The notes under the pieces are model-generated. The model saw only the letters and a list, made by a program, of their open reading frames with translations. It was not told where the DNA came from and made no database searches. Positions 36,213 through 44,611 of a stretch of DNA of 44,611 bases are shown piece by piece (position 1 is the first letter of the stretch; each line of letters starts with the position of its first letter). Origin of the DNA: an uncultured Dehalococcoidia bacterium (GTDB taxonomy: Bacteria; Chloroflexota; Dehalococcoidia; Lucifugimonadales; UBA826); the NCBI GenBank assembly GCA_964462705.1, contig CAYWYV010000001.1, positions 4,099 through 48,709 on the forward strand, given 5' to 3'. The position numbers and the translations under genes are program-made.

Positions 36213-37069
36213 TTCCTGTTTCTTTTAAGGTTCGATTGCTCGAAGTCAAAACCGTAACGGGTCATACCTATATGAAGTGAGGCTTCCAACATACCTAGTG
36301 GGGTGCCCACGTCAAAATGTGCACCGGGAAACCGGTAACCAGTGCAAGCAGTGGTTTTTAAAAGTGCGGTCATACTATCGGTAAGTTGTATTTCTCCAAG
36401 AGATCCAGGCGAGGTGTTCCGAATATTTTCGAAGATTTCAGCTGGGAGTACATAGCGACCGACAATGGCCATATTAGAAGGAGCTGATTCCAATGTGGGC
36501 TTTTCGATCATTCTAAGAATCTCAACTGTCCTTCCATAGTCTTGTCCCATCTCCACGATTCCTAGGTTGGGTATAGATTCTTTGCTGACTTGTCTTATGG
36601 CTATCACCATACCTTCAGTCTGCTCTGAGACCGAACACATACCACCTATTGTTGGATCATCGTTCAAGATTAAGTCATCAGGAAGCAGCACTGCGAAAGG
36701 ATGATTTCCCAGACTACTTTGGGCTTGTAATATGGCGTGCCCTAGGCCGAGTTGTTCTTTTTGAATTACTACACTGATGTCAGCCATTTTTGATATCTCT
36801 TGCAAAAGACTGAGCATTTCAAAGTCTTTTTTGTCAGATACGGCTTTTTCTAAATCGGGTCTTTTTTCAAAGTATTTAAGGACAGCATGTTGACCTTCAG
36901 AGGTAACAATTACTATGTGATCTATACCGGCTTTCGAGGCTTCTTCAACACAGAAGTGGATGGGAGGACGATCGAATACAGGGATCATTGATTTGGGAAT
37001 TGATATGGAGCCTGGGAGAAACCTAGTTCCTAATCCCGCTACTGGTATTACAGCTTTGCTGATTTTCAT
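36203..37069 (-). CDS. galU: UTP--glucose-1-phosphate uridylyltransferase
   Basis: KAVIPVAGLGTRFLPGSISIPKSMIPV and MIEKPT. The 3' end overlaps the convergent UbiA gene by 10 nt. Confidence 0.88.
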   Translation of the reverse strand: MKISKAVIPVAGLGTRFLPGSISIPKSMIPVFDRPPIHFCVEEASKAGIDHIVIVTSEGQHAVLKYFEKRPDLEKAVSDKKDFEMLSLLQEISKMADISVVIQKEQLGLGHAILQAQSSLGNHPFAVLLPDDLILNDDPTIGGMCSVSEQTEGMVIAIRQVSKESIPNLGIVEMGQDYGRTVEILRMIEKPTLESAPSNMAIVGRYVLPAEIFENIRNTSPGSLGEIQLTDSMTALLKTTACTGYRFPGAHFDVGTPLGMLEASLHIGMTRYGFDFEQSNLKRNRNYL

Positions 37070-37088
37070 GGTTTATATTCGACCAGCC

Positions 37089-38354
37089 TTAATCCGGGTC
37101 TGCAGTGAGTATTTGATATTTTCCTTTAATGGTGCTTTTGAGTACCTTGTCCCATATCCCCATTGAGGAGAACACTATCAAAAATAGTCCGCCAGTTATC
37201 ACCAGAATGATGGGCGCTGTGAAAGTATCGGCAAGTTCCCCGTATCCCAGATTGGAGAATGCCATTATTCCTCCGGCATGAAGTATGTAGAGGCTCGAAA
37301 CTCTACCCCTAAATTGATCTGGAGTAGCGAGCTGGACATATGTAATTGTCAGCGCCATGAACATAGACTGCGAAGCTCCCATTAGGAAACTGGCGAAGAA
37401 AGATATAGATATATCTGATGAAAGTCCAAGTGCAATGGGTGAAAGGGAACTAATAATTCCCGTTAGCAGCAGTAGCCTACCCTTACCGGTTTCACTACGT
37501 ATGCCAGCCAATAAAAATGTTCCGACTGCAGCTCCACAACCAAAAGATAATACGAGCAGAGCCAAGAGGAATTCATCCTCTGAACCAAGAGTGTCCCTGG
37601 TTAAAACAGGGAGAATGGAATCAAAGGACATAACTAATGCACAGTGGAAGGCGACCAAAATTATAAAAATTCCGACCTCATGTTTCGTGTAAATAAATTT
37701 CACACCGTCTATCATTCCACGCAGTAATCCTGTCTCTGGAAGAGATTCACCAGTTGACCTTTTTTGAACTCTAACGATTAGTATGAGTGAGATAACTCCG
37801 AGTAAACTACTGGCTAGTAGGAATTGGGTAATATCAAGTCCCTCACCAAGAGGAACCCGAGTCATAAGCAATAATCCCATACCTATTACCCTGGACCCGT
37901 GCCTAGTTGCCGAGTTTAAAGTTATTGCATTTAATAGCGTCTTTTCAGGTACCACGTTGGTGACAAGTGCAACTAATGCTGACTCCTGAGTGGATCGGAA
38001 GCAACCGGCAGCGAATGCGAGAATACACAAATGCCACAGATTCAAAACACCAAATAAAGACAAAAGGACAGTAATAACAATCGATACCGTAATTCCTGCT
38101 TGTGTTATGGCGGTTAGCTTTTTCCTTTCGGCCCTGTCCGCAAGAATACCGCCTATGGGAGAAACCAATAAATATGGGAGCATCGATGCAAAGGTGAATA
38201 GGCCTACTAAGACAGATTTGTCTGATTCAGAAAGTACGTACCATTGGCTAGCGATCAGGAATGTCCAAGTACTTGCACCACCAAGTGCATTAGCTCCCCA
38301 GATATACCTGAAGTCTCGATTTCTAAATGCAGCTAAATGGGGGGGGAGAGCCAT
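37089..38354 (-). CDS. MFS transporter (MFS_3-like)
   Basis: About 12 hydrophobic helices. N-terminal FRNRDFRYIWGANALGG and GGILADRAERKK loop motif. Confidence 0.8.
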   Translation of the reverse strand: MALPPHLAAFRNRDFRYIWGANALGGASTWTFLIASQWYVLSESDKSVLVGLFTFASMLPYLLVSPIGGILADRAERKKLTAITQAGITVSIVITVLLSLFGVLNLWHLCILAFAAGCFRSTQESALVALVTNVVPEKTLLNAITLNSATRHGSRVIGMGLLLMTRVPLGEGLDITQFLLASSLLGVISLILIVRVQKRSTGESLPETGLLRGMIDGVKFIYTKHEVGIFIILVAFHCALVMSFDSILPVLTRDTLGSEDEFLLALLVLSFGCGAAVGTFLLAGIRSETGKGRLLLLTGIISSLSPIALGLSSDISISFFASFLMGASQSMFMALTITYVQLATPDQFRGRVSSLYILHAGGIMAFSNLGYGELADTFTAPIILVITGGLFLIVFSSMGIWDKVLKSTIKGKYQILTADPD

Positions 38355-38484
38355 TAAATAAAAACTTTTGGATTCGGGTTGGTTATGATGGAATTATCTC
38401 CCTGGACTTAATGGCTAAGTACTTCATGAGGATGCATTAATTTGTCTAAGCCATGTCCAAATCTTTCACTCTTTCCGCAGGGTG

Positions 38485-38560
38485 TGGTGGAGATAGGGGG
38501 ACTCGAACCCCCAACCTCGGCATTGCGAACGCCGCGCTCTCCCAGTTGAGCTATATCCCC
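38485..38560 (-). tRNA. tRNA-Ala (anticodon CGC), CCA encoded
   Basis: The reverse complement is GGGGATATAGCTCAACTGGGAGAGCGCGGCGTTCGCAATGCCGAGGTTGGGGGTTCGAGTCCCCCTATCTCCACCA. It forms a cloverleaf with 7-bp acceptor, D, anticodon (loop TTCGCAA) and T (GGGGG/CCCCC, TTCGAGT) arms. G3:U70 is the alanine identity pair. Confidence 0.93.
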
Positions 38561-38582
38561 CAGTGTTGGGTGCACCTCTTGA

Positions 38583-38612
38583 ATCCTAGCAATCTAAAGT
38601 TAGGGGTGTCAA
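38583..38612 (-). promoter_or_regulatory. candidate promoter of tRNA-Ala (-35 TTGACA, 18-nt spacer, TGC-TAGGAT extended -10)
   Basis: The minus strand reads TTGACA-CCCCTAACTTTAGATTGC-TAGGAT. The -10 ends 22 nt upstream of the tRNA 5' end. Sequence match only. Confidence 0.45.
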
Positions 38613-38711
38613 CGAAATTTTAATTCATAAAATTTAAGTCATTTTGATAACATAACTTTGGCATATATTAGGTTGTTGTTTCCATGATTTGTAGACTTTT
38701 TCTAAAGTTCA

Positions 38712-38738
38712 TTGTTACCGATGTTTAAGTGTTATAAT
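38712..38738 (+). promoter_or_regulatory. candidate extended -10 promoter upstream of the E1 alpha gene (TGT-TATAAT)
   Basis: TATAAT at 38733-38738 is preceded by TGT. The -35 is weak (TTGTTA, with only a 15-nt spacer). It lies about 88 nt upstream of ATG 38826. Confidence 0.3.
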
Positions 38739-38825
38739 CCGCCCATTTCCACGTCATAATTGTTTCAAATGATTTTAGGATTCGCTCACTCATCGGGTGT
38801 TTTGTTACATTGGGAGTTAAGTAGT

Positions 38826-39803
38826 ATGCCGTACACAGAGATTGATAGAGATTCACTTTTATGGATGTACGAGACGATGGTCACGATAAGGAGGTTTGAG
38901 GAGCAGTCACGACGCGAGGCTGATGCAGGTAAATTGAGGGGGATGCATTCATCAATTGGTCAAGAGGCGGTTCCTACAGGTATTTGCGCACATCTTGACG
39001 GAAATGACTACGTCTTGGGCACTCACAGAAGCCACCATCACTGTATCGCCAAAGGCCTCGATTTGAACCAAATGATGGCAGAGCTACTGGGGAAATCTAC
39101 CGGAACCGGTAAAGGTAAGGGTGGAACAATGCATATTGCGGACATAGAACGAGGGATGCTTGGAGCGAATGGAGTGGTGGGCTCCAATATTCCAGTTGCA
39201 ACGGGGGTTGCACTAACAGCCAAAGTTAAAGGAACGAATCAAGTAAGCGTTGTTTTCTTTGGGGATGGGGCCTCCAGTCAAGGTGTTCTGCATGAATCAA
39301 TGAACTTGGCAGGAATTTGGAAACTGCCAGTTATTTTCGTTTGTGAAAACAACAGATATGCTGAATCAACTCCTTTTGAGTATTCAGTGGCTGGAGGATC
39401 CGTATCCAACAGGGCAGATGGCTATGGTATTCCAGGAGTTACCGTAGACGGACAATCGGTTATGGATATGTTTGAAGTTGGTAGAGAAGCTGTGGCTAGG
39501 GCACGGGCTGGAGATGGACCGACCCTGATAGAGGCTCAAACCTACAGGTATATGGGTCACTTCGGAGCAGATGATCCACTAGGTTACAGATCTGAAGAGG
39601 AGCAGCAGTACTATATCGACCGGGACTGTATTGCAAATTGCAGGACACACATACTCGAAGGATCTTTTGCTGAGGAATCAGAGTTACAGGAAATTGAGGC
39701 AAGTTGTTTAGCTGCCGTTAATGAAGCCACGGAATTTGCTAATCAGAGCCCATTTCCTGATCCCGAAGAGCTGTTGCGAGATGTATATGTATCGTATCCA
39801 TAA
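38826..39803 (+). CDS. TPP-dependent 2-oxoacid dehydrogenase E1 component, alpha subunit
   Basis: LLWMYETMVTIRRFEE, GQEAVPTG and TPP motif GDGASSQGVLHESMNLAGIWKLPVIFVCENNRYA. ATG 38826 with GGGAG 9 nt upstream is preferred over the track's TTG 38760. Pyruvate, acetoin and branched-chain substrates cannot be told apart. Confidence 0.88.
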   Translation: MPYTEIDRDSLLWMYETMVTIRRFEEQSRREADAGKLRGMHSSIGQEAVPTGICAHLDGNDYVLGTHRSHHHCIAKGLDLNQMMAELLGKSTGTGKGKGGTMHIADIERGMLGANGVVGSNIPVATGVALTAKVKGTNQVSVVFFGDGASSQGVLHESMNLAGIWKLPVIFVCENNRYAESTPFEYSVAGGSVSNRADGYGIPGVTVDGQSVMDMFEVGREAVARARAGDGPTLIEAQTYRYMGHFGADDPLGYRSEEEQQYYIDRDCIANCRTHILEGSFAEESELQEIEASCLAAVNEATEFANQSPFPDPEELLRDVYVSYP

Positions 39804-39851
39804 AAAAGAAACCCAAGATATAAATTAATAAGAAATGGTAGGGATAAAGAA

Positions 39852-40880
39852 ATGACACAAGCGGAAGCTACAAGACAGATATCGTTCATTCAGGCTGTTA
39901 ATGAAGCGCTCAGGCAGGAACTTGAGAGAGATCCGGCTGTGATTGTAATGGGGGAAGATATTGCAGGTGGAGGGGAGAGGGAAGATTTTCAAGATGCATG
40001 GGGCGGGCCTATGAGGCTCACAAAGGGTCTAGTTAATGATTTCGGGAGAAACCGTATACGGGACACCCCTATTTCTGAAGCTGGATTTGTGGGCGCTGGA
40101 GTTGGAGCCGCTGCTTCAGGGCTACGGCCAGTTGTCGACCTAATGTATGTCAGTTTTTACGGTGTTTGCGCGGACCAAATAACCAATAATGCAGCCAAGA
40201 TGCATTATATGTTTGGAGGTAAGGTCACAGTGCCTCTCACTATCATGACAGGCATTGGCGCTGGGACCAACTCTGCGGCTCAGCATTCTGAAACACTCTA
40301 CTCCATATTCACGCATTTTCCTGGGTTGAAGTGCGTAGTACCTTCCAATCCCTATAATGCAAAGGGCCTTATGACGGCTGCTATTCGGGATGATGACCCA
40401 GTTATTGTTTTTAACAATAGGCAACTGATGGGCTTGAGATTTGATGACCATGTCCCAGAGGATCCATACACAGTAGAGATTGGTAAATCTGAGATCAAGC
40501 AGGAAGGGAATGATATAACTCTAATTGGCATTGGGTTTACGACGCGGGTTTGTATGGAAGCTGCAGAGGAATTAGAAGAGCAAGGCTATTCTGTGGAAGT
40601 CTTAGATCTCCTTTCCCTTTCTCCCATGGACGATGATGCGATTCTTTCCTCAGTTCAGAAGACGCGAAAAGTTGTAATAGTTGATGAAGATTATCCCCGC
40701 TGCAGTATTGCAGCTGATATATCAGCCCTCGTAGCAGAACAAGCTTTTGATTATCTAGATGCGCCTCCACGAAGGGTAAATGCTCCACACGCTTCTGTAC
40801 CTTACTCCAGGCCACTAGAGGCTTTGTATGTTCCTAACAAAGAGAAGGTTGTGGAAGCCGCTCTTGAAATAATTGACTAG
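39852..40880 (+). CDS. 2-oxoacid dehydrogenase E1 component, beta subunit
   Basis: ISFIQAVNEALRQEL, IRDTPISEAGFVGAGVGAA and a transketolase-like C-terminal domain. Confidence 0.9.
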   Translation: MTQAEATRQISFIQAVNEALRQELERDPAVIVMGEDIAGGGEREDFQDAWGGPMRLTKGLVNDFGRNRIRDTPISEAGFVGAGVGAAASGLRPVVDLMYVSFYGVCADQITNNAAKMHYMFGGKVTVPLTIMTGIGAGTNSAAQHSETLYSIFTHFPGLKCVVPSNPYNAKGLMTAAIRDDDPVIVFNNRQLMGLRFDDHVPEDPYTVEIGKSEIKQEGNDITLIGIGFTTRVCMEAAEELEEQGYSVEVLDLLSLSPMDDDAILSSVQKTRKVVIVDEDYPRCSIAADISALVAEQAFDYLDAPPRRVNAPHASVPYSRPLEALYVPNKEKVVEAALEIID

Positions 40881-40892
40881 GAGAATCTGTAT

Positions 40893-42071
40893 ATGGCAAC
40901 CCCAATAGTTATGCCCAGGCTCGGTGATTTTATGACCGAGGGTGTGGTGACTAGATTCACCAAATCTCAGGGTGATAACGTCAACCAAGGTGAGGTAATA
41001 GCTGAGATTGAGACGGAAAAGGTTAATTATGACCTTGAAGCAACTGTGTCAGGCGTTTTTCATCCATCTGTGGATGCTGGTGCCACAGTCGCGGTTGATG
41101 ATGTGATGGGTTATCTGCTTGATGAAGGTGAGGAAGCGCCAGTTAAAGAATCTTCCGACGCCTCAACAACAAAGCGCACTCGACGTGACAGACCTCCTTC
41201 TGGTTCTCGTAATCAACCTCGGAGAAAGGAAGGGAGTCCCGTTCCATCCACACCGGGTGCCAGAAAACTTGCTGCAAATCTTGGTGTTGATCTGGAGAAA
41301 ATTACTCCTAGCGGACCCCGGGGACGGATAGTAGAGGCAGATGTGAGGAATTTTGCCAAATCTGCTGACTCCAGTAAAGATGAAAATATTCTCTCTGGAC
41401 TTCCAGCTGGACATCCCGACCCTGTAGAAGAGACCCAGCTAAGAGGAATGAGAAGGGCTATTGCCAACAACATGAGGAAAAGCCTGACTGAAACCGCTCA
41501 GTACTCCTTTTTCTTCGAAGTAGATGTGACTGATGCGCAAGTATACCGTCGTGAGGCCAGTGTTGGTTTAACGGAGTTTTTGATCAAGGCGTCTGGAGAA
41601 GCCATAAAGCGAGTACCTGCCATGAATAGTGTGATAGCGGGAGACACTATATATCGGTTTGATCAGGTCAATATCGCGATGGCTGTTGCTCTTGAAAATG
41701 GTTTAGTTGTGCCTGTCATCGAAGATGTGGGTAACAAGTCCTTAAAGCAAGTTTCTGAAGACGTCAAAAGTCTTTCAGCCCAGGCAAGGGAAGGGAAAAT
41801 AAGACCAGACCAGTTGGTGGGGGGGACATTTACCATTTCTGTTCTTGGTTCTGTTGATGGTTTTACTCCCATATTAAATCAGGGGCAAGTTGGTCTACTT
41901 GGCGTTGGTAGGAGCACTCAGAAACCTGTTGTGAAAAAGGGAGAGATCGTAATTAGGGAGATGATGACTCTAAGTTTGACCGGAGATCATCAGGCGATTG
42001 ACGGTGCCGTGGCTGGAAACTTCTGCAGACGGTTACAGCAATTGGTAGAGAATCCTTCGAGGCTGCACTGA
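40893..42071 (+). CDS. 2-oxoacid dehydrogenase E2 (dihydrolipoamide acyltransferase), single lipoyl domain
   Basis: Lipoyl-lysine context IAEIETEKVNYDLEA, a peripheral subunit-binding domain (PGARKLAANLGVDLEKITPSGPRGRI), and a catalytic domain whose motif reads DHQAIDG (usually DHRxxDG). Confidence 0.9.
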   Translation: MATPIVMPRLGDFMTEGVVTRFTKSQGDNVNQGEVIAEIETEKVNYDLEATVSGVFHPSVDAGATVAVDDVMGYLLDEGEEAPVKESSDASTTKRTRRDRPPSGSRNQPRRKEGSPVPSTPGARKLAANLGVDLEKITPSGPRGRIVEADVRNFAKSADSSKDENILSGLPAGHPDPVEETQLRGMRRAIANNMRKSLTETAQYSFFFEVDVTDAQVYRREASVGLTEFLIKASGEAIKRVPAMNSVIAGDTIYRFDQVNIAMAVALENGLVVPVIEDVGNKSLKQVSEDVKSLSAQAREGKIRPDQLVGGTFTISVLGSVDGFTPILNQGQVGLLGVGRSTQKPVVKKGEIVIREMMTLSLTGDHQAIDGAVAGNFCRRLQQLVENPSRLH

Positions 42072-42079
42072 ACTTTTGC

Positions 42080-42814
42080 TTAGAGCCTCTCGACTATAGT
42101 CTTATTATTTGCAAGGATGATCACGACTGCAATCAGTAAAACTGCCAGTCCCAACATAGCAGTTGCCCCCAATCTACACCTTGACTGATTGACATTTTCG
42201 CTATGCTTCATGCCTTGAACTTCAAAGCGGTTTGCTACCAGAGTAACTGGGATGAGACCAGAACCAGTCAGAATACCAGCCAAAAATCCTCCAAGATGAG
42301 CCCAGTTATCAATACTCGGCATGATAAATCCGAAAGTGAAGTTTATACCTGCTAAAATTAATATTGCGTTTAAGTTTTGTTTTCCTAATTGTCCTAGTTC
42401 ACGTCTTCGTATCAGGAAAAAAGCCCCCAGTGCGCCAACACATCCAAACACCGCTCCACTAGCCCCGGCGCCTATGGCAAAAGGATGGATCATCCAGAAG
42501 CTGAATGCACTTCCACCAAGACCAGAAATTAGATATATCCCTATAAATCTGGTATGCCCGAAAATTTTCTCAACCATGCCACCCATTATCAGCAAACTTA
42601 AACCGTTAACAGCTAGATGGGCAGCGCCTATATGGAGAAACATAGCAGCCAGCAGGCGCCAGTACTGACCTGAGCTTATTTCCAGATATGAAATTCCTCC
42701 AAATCGCATCAAATTTTGAGTATTTTGAGAACCCCCAGTTAACTCAAGACAAATCCACAATAGTAGATTGATTGCCAGGATCGTATAAACAGCTAAGGGA
42801 CGTTTAGAGGTCAT
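42080..42814 (-). CDS. rhomboid family intramembrane serine protease
   Basis: FLHIGAAHLAVNG, catalytic GASGAVFG (GxSG), and AHLGGFLAG (catalytic His helix). Confidence 0.85.
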   Translation of the reverse strand: MTSKRPLAVYTILAINLLLWICLELTGGSQNTQNLMRFGGISYLEISSGQYWRLLAAMFLHIGAAHLAVNGLSLLIMGGMVEKIFGHTRFIGIYLISGLGGSAFSFWMIHPFAIGAGASGAVFGCVGALGAFFLIRRRELGQLGKQNLNAILILAGINFTFGFIMPSIDNWAHLGGFLAGILTGSGLIPVTLVANRFEVQGMKHSENVNQSRCRLGATAMLGLAVLLIAVVIILANNKTIVERL

Positions 42815-42859
42815 ACCTGATAGGGGCTTCGAGGGGCCAGAGACAATGATTTTCAGTAT

Positions 42860-44173
42860 TTATGTATCTAATGCGATCAGATCCTGATAAGTTTCGCGGC
42901 GCCTTATTATCTTTGCTGTCCCGTCCTTGACCATCAAGACTGCAGGTCTGGGATTCATATTGTAGTTACTTGACATGGCTAGGCAATAAGCCCCCGAAGA
43001 AGGGATCGCTATTATGTCACCGGTTTCTATGGTAGGTAGAGATATGTCTTTTACTAAAATATCTCCTGATTCACAGTATTTTCCAGCAAGAGTGACCACT
43101 TCATGGTCGGTGTCTACCTTCATCTTGTTTGCAACCACTGCTTCATATTCTGATCCATATAATGCTGGTCGGATGTTATCCCCCATTCCCCCGTCGAGTG
43201 ATACATAAGTTCGGACAGTAGGGATGTCTTTAATTACTCCTACCGTATAGACTGCCACACCGGCCCTGCCAACTATTGATCTACCTGGTTCGATAATCAA
43301 CTTGGGCAAATCAAACCCTAGCTGATTACATTTTCTCGTTAGCATCGACGTAATGACATCCGCATACGCGCTAATTGGAGGCGGCGGCTGATTGCGCGTA
43401 TATCCAATAGCAAATCCCCCACCGGGACTAAATTCTCTTAAATTCAATCCTTCTGATTTGAACTGGACCAGATAATCTAGGACAGTGTCAATTGCCTGGG
43501 AATAAGGTTCTAGCTCAAATATGGGAGATCCCAGGTGGAAATGAATACCTTTCAGATCTAGGTTTGAAGAATCCAGAGCCTGTCGGATTGCAATTGTGCT
43601 TTCTCCAGATTCAATTGAGAAACCAAACTTCACATCTAATATCCCGGTGGTTGTATGACCGTGAGTATGGGCATCCACAGAGGGGGATAATCTTAGCATT
43701 ATTCCTTGTTCGACCCCTCTCTTCTCGGCCAATTGATTGAGAAGATCTAGCTCATGAAAACCATCCACTACAATTGTTCCTACCCCAGACTCAACGGCAT
43801 AAATCAATTCGTCAGGAGTTTTGTTGTTTCCATGAAAGTCCATTCTGGCTGCTGGGAACCCAGCAGCAATTGCAGCAGCGATTTCTCCGCCTGATACAAC
43901 ATCTAGTGAAAGTCCTTCCTCGGTTGCTATCCTGGCCATTGCCTTAGTTAGAAATGCCTTGGAGGCGTAGGCGACCACAGTGTTTGTATAACGCGTCCCA
44001 AATTCTTTAACGAAAGTTCTTGCCATCGTTCTGATAGTTGCTTCGTCATATATATACAGAGGGGTACCATATTCTTTAGCAAGTTCTGTAACGACGCATC
44101 CTCCAATGTTCAAGTGCCCATTTTCAGATAATGTTGATCCCATAGGGAAAAGACTGGCGTTATCGAATGTCAT
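42860..44173 (-). CDS. lysA: diaminopimelate decarboxylase
   Basis: PLP-lysine context VAYASKAF, then HFHLGS, SPGGGFAIGY and GKYCESGD, in the group IV decarboxylase layout. Confidence 0.92.
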   Translation of the reverse strand: MTFDNASLFPMGSTLSENGHLNIGGCVVTELAKEYGTPLYIYDEATIRTMARTFVKEFGTRYTNTVVAYASKAFLTKAMARIATEEGLSLDVVSGGEIAAAIAAGFPAARMDFHGNNKTPDELIYAVESGVGTIVVDGFHELDLLNQLAEKRGVEQGIMLRLSPSVDAHTHGHTTTGILDVKFGFSIESGESTIAIRQALDSSNLDLKGIHFHLGSPIFELEPYSQAIDTVLDYLVQFKSEGLNLREFSPGGGFAIGYTRNQPPPPISAYADVITSMLTRKCNQLGFDLPKLIIEPGRSIVGRAGVAVYTVGVIKDIPTVRTYVSLDGGMGDNIRPALYGSEYEAVVANKMKVDTDHEVVTLAGKYCESGDILVKDISLPTIETGDIIAIPSSGAYCLAMSSNYNMNPRPAVLMVKDGTAKIIRRRETYQDLIALDT

Positions 44174-44220
44174 TTATCAGAAATCTCCATAGATATTTAT
44201 AAAGTTTTGGGAAGGGTTTT

Positions 44221-44611
44221 TTAGCCTGGTAGAGTTACAGTGCAGACCTTTCTTGTTTCAGCGCAGCAAAACCATATTTGACGGTCATGGAGTGTCATAC
44301 CATGTATCTCCGGTTCTTCAATCTCAATAACATCGAGTATTTCCCCAGTGTCTGTGTCCAATTTGTGTATCTTGCACTCCTGAGTATCTGCCAGCCATAT
44401 ATCTTCCTCGTCCATAAAAAGACCATGAGGACGTATTCCTGGAGTAGGTATAGATCTTTTAACTGACATAGTCTTTGGGTCCATCAAGAAGACAGTTTTA
44501 GCTGGTGGGACAGCTACCCACATATTTTCCTCGTCTATCCACTCCATTCCATGGGCTCCGGTAGTCGGAGGGTTTTCCGCCTGGGCGAAATCTACGACCC
44601 CTTTTCCCGGC
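44221..44611 (-). CDS. beta-propeller repeat protein, N-terminus cut by right window edge
   Basis: The track lists 44221-44547. The frame stays open upstream to the window end (...PGKGVVDFAQAENPPTTGAHG-MEWIDEE...). An HG[ML]xxD...W blade motif recurs about every 40-45 aa (AHGMEWIDEENMW, PHGLFMDEEDIW, IHGMTLHDRQIW), so the true start probably lies beyond 44611. The family is not assigned. Confidence 0.5.
   Translation of the reverse strand, partial: PGKGVVDFAQAENPPTTGAHGMEWIDEENMWVAVPPAKTVFLMDPKTMSVKRSIPTPGIRPHGLFMDEEDIWLADTQECKIHKLDTDTGEILDVIEIEEPEIHGMTLHDRQIWFCCAETRKVCTVTLPG

Noticed and set aside
38355-38825. Flanks of tRNA-Ala checked for an integrated element (integrase, direct repeat of the tRNA 3' end).
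   Set aside because: No integrase, no repeat of the tRNA 3' half, and the neighbouring genes are ordinary core genes.
1-44611. Search by eye for CRISPR arrays, IS or transposon ends, prophage genes, toxin-antitoxin pairs and known defence-system genes.
   Set aside because: None found. The only non-coding repeat of note is the 29-bp duplication, and all large ORFs have housekeeping-type family motifs.

Overview
This is a 44.6-kb, densely coded chromosomal core segment; by my own tally of the gaps about 93% is coding. It comes from a moderately AT-rich bacterium.

I support 45 protein-coding genes plus one low-confidence 45-codon sORF, and one tRNA-Ala(CGC). Two genes are cut by the window edges: pyrH at the left edge (absent from the ORF track) and a beta-propeller protein at the right edge. 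I see no rRNA, CRISPR, transposase, integrase or phage genes.

The content is mostly housekeeping:
- rpsB-tsf-pyrH and rimI
- a heterodimeric ABC exporter
- cca, fumC-like, ltaE, rarA, selA-smr, coaE
- FGGY kinase-tal-pgi
- DUF59/Mrp-like pair
- uvrB and yebC-ruvC-ruvA
- galU and a UbiA-family prenyltransferase
- a 2-oxoacid dehydrogenase E1alpha/E1beta/E2 operon
- rhomboid and lysA

Many genes use TTG or GTG starts. The short EF-Ts, acidic-tailed S2, DPPR-synthase-like UbiA and adjacent tal-pgi fit a marine Chloroflexota-like lineage, but that is only an inference.

The best candidate for something undescribed is the module at 18939-23818. It holds a CbbQ/NorQ-type AAA+ ATPase, an embedded NudL-like Nudix hydrolase, and an unusually large (1122 aa) NorD/CbbO-like VWA protein with a repeat-built N-terminal domain. 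No Rubisco, NO reductase or other known client lies in the window.

Other sequence-level oddities:
- a perfect 29-bp tandem duplication in a divergent promoter region
- tandem alpha/beta-hydrolase paralogues, one lacking the catalytic His
- a coherent degenerate ATP site in the ABC heterodimer
- a 21-bp tandem repeat encoding an acidic heptad tail on S2
- a cysteine-less Mrp/NBP35-like ATPase next to a DUF59 gene
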